Part shown: one piece after another, positions 25,295 through 28,119 of the stretch
Layout of the letters: each line of letters opens with the position of its first letter
How positions within the stretch are numbered: the stretch's first letter is position 1
Source: Minisyncoccota bacterium
Lineage (GTDB): Bacteria; Patescibacteriota; Minisyncoccia; 2-02-FULL-40-12; GWA2-44-9
Assembly (NCBI GenBank): GCA_036516715.1
Contig: DATDZX010000043.1
Coordinates: 1 to 28,119 of the forward strand
Length of the DNA: 28,119 nt
Direction: 5' to 3'
Program-made: the position numbers and the translations under genes
The notes under the pieces: model-generated
What the model saw: only the letters and a program-made list of their open reading frames with translations
Told to the model about the DNA's origin: nothing
Database searches by the model: none

Positions 25295-26446
25295 ATGGCA
25301 CCTCTATATTTTGATTATGCTGCTTCCACACCTTTGGATGTTAGGGTTCAGAGAGAAATTAGAAAAGCGGAAGCCCTTTACGGGAATCCGTCTTCATTTA
25401 ATGGGAAAGGAAGAGAAGCCCGGGAGGCTCTTGAAAGGGCTAGGACTAATGTGGCCAAGTTTCTCAATGCCCGCCCCAGAGAGATAGTTTTCACTTCTTC
25501 AGGATCAGAAGCTAACAACTTAGCAGTTTTGGGATTGGCTAAGCATTTTAAAAAAGGGGAGATCATTGCTAGTGCCATTGAACACCCCTCACTTTTGGCC
25601 CCTCTCAAAAAGATTCCTCAAAGCATGAAGTATTATATAGCGCCGGTAGATTCAGAAGGAGTCATTAAATTAAATGAATTAGATAAGCTGATAACCCCCA
25701 AAACAATTCTTATTAGCCTTATCTACGCTAACAATGAGATTGGGACGATTCAGCCGATCAAGAAAATAAAGAGAATTATTAGGGAGAAAGAAAAAGAATA
25801 CAGTACTAAAATCCTATTCCATATCGACGCCTGTCAGGCCACCGGATACCTGGAGATGAATGTCCAGAACCTGGGTGTCGACATCTTAACACTTAATAGC
25901 TCTAAGGTTTATGGTCCTAGGGGCGTCGGGGCTTTGTTTATAAGAACAGGAGTTGTTCTTGATCCTCTGATTCACGGCGGTGATCAAGAGGCTAGGCTCA
26001 GGGCCGGGACCGAAAACTTGGCCGGTATAATTGGATTTGCCAAAGCTCTCTCCCTGGTTAAACCTCAAGAAGGGGAGAGGCTTAAAAAGCTCAGAGATTA
26101 TTTTTTTGAAAAGATGCCAGCTGTTCTGCCGGAGGCCATTATCAACGGAGATAGGACAGAGAGGTTGGCTAATAATATAAATATTTCACTACCCAATCTT
26201 ACAAGCGAAGAATTGCTGTTAGAATTGGATAAGTATGGCATCTCAGCCGGCAGCGGATCGGCTTGCACGGCTCGATCTGTTGAGCCGTCACATGTTCTAA
26301 GGGCTATCGGAGTTCCAAAAGAATATCTGCAGGGAGCGTTAAGATTTTCTTTAGGTCGAGGCACCAACAAAAAACAAATTAACCAATTATCGGGCGTGCT
26401 TCCAAAGATTGTTCGCAATTTAGAAAAGAGATTGAAAAGCCTCTAA
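25295..26446 (+). CDS. iscS: Cysteine desulfurase, IscS/NifS group I
   Basis: LYFDYAASTP, GNPSS, FTSSGSEANN, ANNEIGTIQP, HIDACQ, PLP lysine SSKVYGPRGVG, RAGTEN, catalytic SGSAC. Confidence 0.92.
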   Translation: MAPLYFDYAASTPLDVRVQREIRKAEALYGNPSSFNGKGREAREALERARTNVAKFLNARPREIVFTSSGSEANNLAVLGLAKHFKKGEIIASAIEHPSLLAPLKKIPQSMKYYIAPVDSEGVIKLNELDKLITPKTILISLIYANNEIGTIQPIKKIKRIIREKEKEYSTKILFHIDACQATGYLEMNVQNLGVDILTLNSSKVYGPRGVGALFIRTGVVLDPLIHGGDQEARLRAGTENLAGIIGFAKALSLVKPQEGERLKKLRDYFFEKMPAVLPEAIINGDRTERLANNINISLPNLTSEELLLELDKYGISAGSGSACTARSVEPSHVLRAIGVPKEYLQGALRFSLGRGTNKKQINQLSGVLPKIVRNLEKRLKSL

Positions 26447-26460
26447 ATATGAGGTAAAAT
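26432..26460 (+). promoter_or_regulatory. Probable sigma70 promoter for the tRNA pair
   Basis: TTGAAA-17 nt-TAAAAT, 21 nt before tRNA-Arg. Confidence 0.6.
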
Positions 26461-26481
26461 ACAAAAGCGTTATTTATCTTA

Positions 26482-26553
26482 GTCCCCGTAGCTTAACGGA
26501 TAAAGCAGCAGCCTTCGAAGCTGTTGATGGGGGTTCGATTCCCTCCGGGGACG
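26482..26553 (+). tRNA. tRNA-Arg (anticodon UCG)
   Basis: Acceptor gtccccg/cggggac, anticodon loop ctTCGaa, T-arm ggggg-ttcgatt-ccctc; CCA not encoded. Confidence 0.95.
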
Positions 26554-26563
26554 CAGGAAGTAT

Positions 26564-26636
26564 CCGCCCATAACTCAATTGGTAGAGTAGCGCCCTCTTA
26601 AGGCGAGTGTTCCAGGTTCGAGTCCTGGTGGGCGGA
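26564..26636 (+). tRNA. tRNA-Lys (anticodon CUU)
   Basis: Acceptor ccgccca/tgggcgg, D-stem actc/gagt, loop ctCTTaa, T-arm ccagg-ttcgagt-cctgg; CCA not encoded. Confidence 0.93.
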
Positions 26637-26651
26637 CAATGTAGTTTTGTA

Positions 26652-26684
26652 AAACCAAAACCGCCCATGAGGGCGGCTTGGTTT
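26652..26684. terminator. Probable bidirectional terminator between the tRNAs and the 3D-domain gene
   Basis: ccgccc-atga-gggcgg core extended by aaaccaa/ttggttt. Confidence 0.7.
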
Positions 26685-27228
26685 ATATCACCTCAATTCG
26701 GATCTTCTTGAGTCCAAACTGAAGGGCAGACTGTCGGTCAGGAAACCAGACGTCTACTCTTTCCGTGTAGCGCTTGTTCATTCGGTCCTCCACGATAAAG
26801 ATCTTATCACCATAAATGTCTGGAATTTTGATGGCAGTACCGAATGGCAAGAAGTTTGCAGCGACAACACCATCGCGGACATGGGTTCCCCAAGCCGTAA
26901 TGAATGGGGAATCGTCGGTCTGGTCGGGAGTAGACGAATATCCAGTAGCAGCAACCACGTATGCCTTCTTTGTAGCTGGCGCCTTTGAGGCGGCAGGAAT
27001 AACAGATGTGGCAGAGAGAGCTGATTGAGTGAAAGCTCTTCCTTCGGGTTGCTTCATGGATGAAGCCTGTTTTCTAATATTGTAATAGAGCGAATCGAAC
27101 GACCAGCTGTCTTCGCTTACAGATACGACTTCTTTCTCGCCGAATCCAAGGAAGGCGGCTGAGGCAGTGCTCCCCAAAAGGGAAGTGGCCATAACGATAG
27201 CTAAAGCTGCGATAAAATACTTGTTCAT
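26683..27228 (-). CDS. Exported 3D-domain (MltA/Sps-like) peptidoglycan lytic protein
   Basis: Signal peptide MNKYFIAALAIVMATSLLGSTASA; 3D motif ATGYSSTPDQTDDSP, VAANFLPFGT.I.IP, VEDRM, VDVW. The ATG at 27228 is preferred to the TTG at 27258. Confidence 0.88.
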   Translation of the reverse strand: MNKYFIAALAIVMATSLLGSTASAAFLGFGEKEVVSVSEDSWSFDSLYYNIRKQASSMKQPEGRAFTQSALSATSVIPAASKAPATKKAYVVAATGYSSTPDQTDDSPFITAWGTHVRDGVVAANFLPFGTAIKIPDIYGDKIFIVEDRMNKRYTERVDVWFPDRQSALQFGLKKIRIEVI

Positions 27229-27315
27229 GGTTTTAAAAAGGGTAATTTGAGCAAACAAAAAATGGCTGTTAAAGCCATCCTTTGTAGTAAGCTCCTTTTT
27301 GTAGCCTACGAGGAT

Positions 27316-27345
27316 ATTATACCATACTTTGTAGGTTTAAGTCAA
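27316..27345 (-). promoter_or_regulatory. Strong sigma70 promoter of the 3D-domain gene
   Basis: TTGACT-18 nt-TATAAT with TG extension. Confidence 0.65.
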
Positions 27346-27388
27346 TACCCTCTAAAAACCAGCCTAAATTGTTATTTTAAGGATTAGT

Positions 27389-27871
27389 CTATCTGGGCAC
27401 CTTCTTTTTCTTGAAGGGCCAGAGGACCTTAAGCATGGAAATGCCCCGACGGGCTGATATGATGATAAAGATAAAGCCAACCACTAACAGGAACCCATCA
27501 TAGCTCCATCGGGCCGGATCTCCATCTGAGAGTCTAAGCCAAATGCCGAACTCATCAAAGGCTAAGCCGACCCCAAAACCGTAGAGAAGAGAGATGAGGT
27601 ATTTGGCTCTTGGGGCGTCATCAAATACTAAAGCCAAGTATCCAGAGATAGTTAATATGATGATTCCCCAGGCATAATGATGGACATGATATGAATAAAG
27701 CTCGATAAAGAATTGAGGGTGGTAATAACTTATTAGCCTGGCTCCGCCGAAGGTAAGAAGAAAGGCAAAAGCGATAGGGAAGAGAAGATAGAGATACAAA
27801 CCCGGCTGGTCATCTTTGACCTTTTCTTGGATTATATTCTTTCTTGTTATTCGGAAAAGAAATTCAAACAT
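27389..27871 (-). CDS. Integral membrane protein of unknown function (HxHH and DE motifs)
   Basis: About 4 hydrophobic segments; YHVHHYAWG and GLAFDEFG motifs. Confidence 0.8.
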   Translation of the reverse strand: MFEFLFRITRKNIIQEKVKDDQPGLYLYLLFPIAFAFLLTFGGARLISYYHPQFFIELYSYHVHHYAWGIIILTISGYLALVFDDAPRAKYLISLLYGFGVGLAFDEFGIWLRLSDGDPARWSYDGFLLVVGFIFIIISARRGISMLKVLWPFKKKKVPR

Positions 27872-28029
27872 TAGCTCATTCCAATTAACCTTGAAATTAC
27901 AAATAATCCCAGGAGAGAAACAAATCCAAAGAGAATTGCGAATATACGCGATGAATCATCTCCCGTTTTCCGATAGTGGATGCCTGAAAAAACTGATCCT
28001 GCAATTGCGAAAAATATTCCTAATGTCAT
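27871..28029 (-). CDS. 52-aa two-TM micro-protein (not in the ORF track)
   Basis: Hand translation: MTLGIFFAIAGSVFSGIHYRKTGDDSSRIFAILFGFVSLLGLFVISRLIGMS. TAATG overlap with the next gene; fills the whole gap after tRNA-Gly. Confidence 0.7.
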   Translation of the reverse strand: MTLGIFFAIAGSVFSGIHYRKTGDDSSRIFAILFGFVSLLGLFVISRLIGMS

Positions 28030-28048
28030 CTGTATGGGATTAGCCTAG

Positions 28049-28119
28049 AGCGGGTGAAGGGGATCGAACCCTCGTACCTGACTTGGCAAGCCAGTTCACT
28101 ACCACTGTGATACACCCGC
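28049..28119 (-). tRNA. tRNA-Gly (anticodon GCC)
   Basis: Acceptor gcgggtg/cacccgc, loop ttGCCaa, T-loop ttcgatc; the 5' end coincides with the window end; CCA not encoded. Confidence 0.95.

Noticed and set aside
26474-26668. 64-aa minus-strand ORF
   Set aside because: It is antisense to two well-formed tRNA genes.
27816-28043. 75-aa plus-strand ORF
   Set aside because: It is antisense to the 160-aa and 52-aa membrane genes, whose TAATG coupling and hydrophobic pattern are more convincing.
1-28119. CRISPR array, rRNA, IS element, intron or alternative genetic code
   Set aside because: No regularly spaced direct repeats, rRNA motifs or transposase were seen, and conserved genes are uninterrupted. 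TGA acts as a stop (yidC, prgI junctions), consistent with code 11.

Overview
Intact chromosomal window from a Patescibacteria (CPR, Parcubacteria-like) bacterium spanning the probable replication origin; the taxonomy is inferred from gene content and protein styles. Left to right: (1) a tightly overlapping, 5'-truncated 9-gene operon encoding a Gram-positive/ICE-like type IV secretion module (VirB6/TrbL-like, PrgI/VirB3-like, TraC-like partner, VirB4 ATPase, accessory membrane and beta-propeller proteins); (2) rpmH-rnpA-yidD-yidC-jag on the minus strand; (3) dnaA-oriC-dnaN plus a DciA-like ORF; (4) PBP1A and tyrS; (5) ruvB-yebC-ruvC followed by a 58-aa hyperacidic gene; (6) a 171-nt long-stem RNA candidate (6S-like) behind an orphan PilB/GspE ATPase; (7) nusA-tig; (8) doxX-cysteine desulfurase; (9) tRNA-Arg(UCG) and tRNA-Lys(CUU); (10) a 3D-domain cell-wall gene; (11) a coupled pair of small membrane proteins behind tRNA-Gly(GCC). 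Three real genes are absent from the supplied ORF track because they are under 60 aa: rpmH, the 58-aa acidic protein and a 52-aa two-TM protein. No integrase, transposase, relaxase, CRISPR array or rRNA was seen. The strongest candidates for undescribed biology are the hyperacidic micro-protein with its structured leader, the 6S-like RNA, the convergent-promoter hairpin before doxX, the tandem ~125-aa repeat on the VirB6-like protein, and a perfect DnaA box in the pilB/nusA promoter region. All family calls are by motif recognition only; no database was searched.
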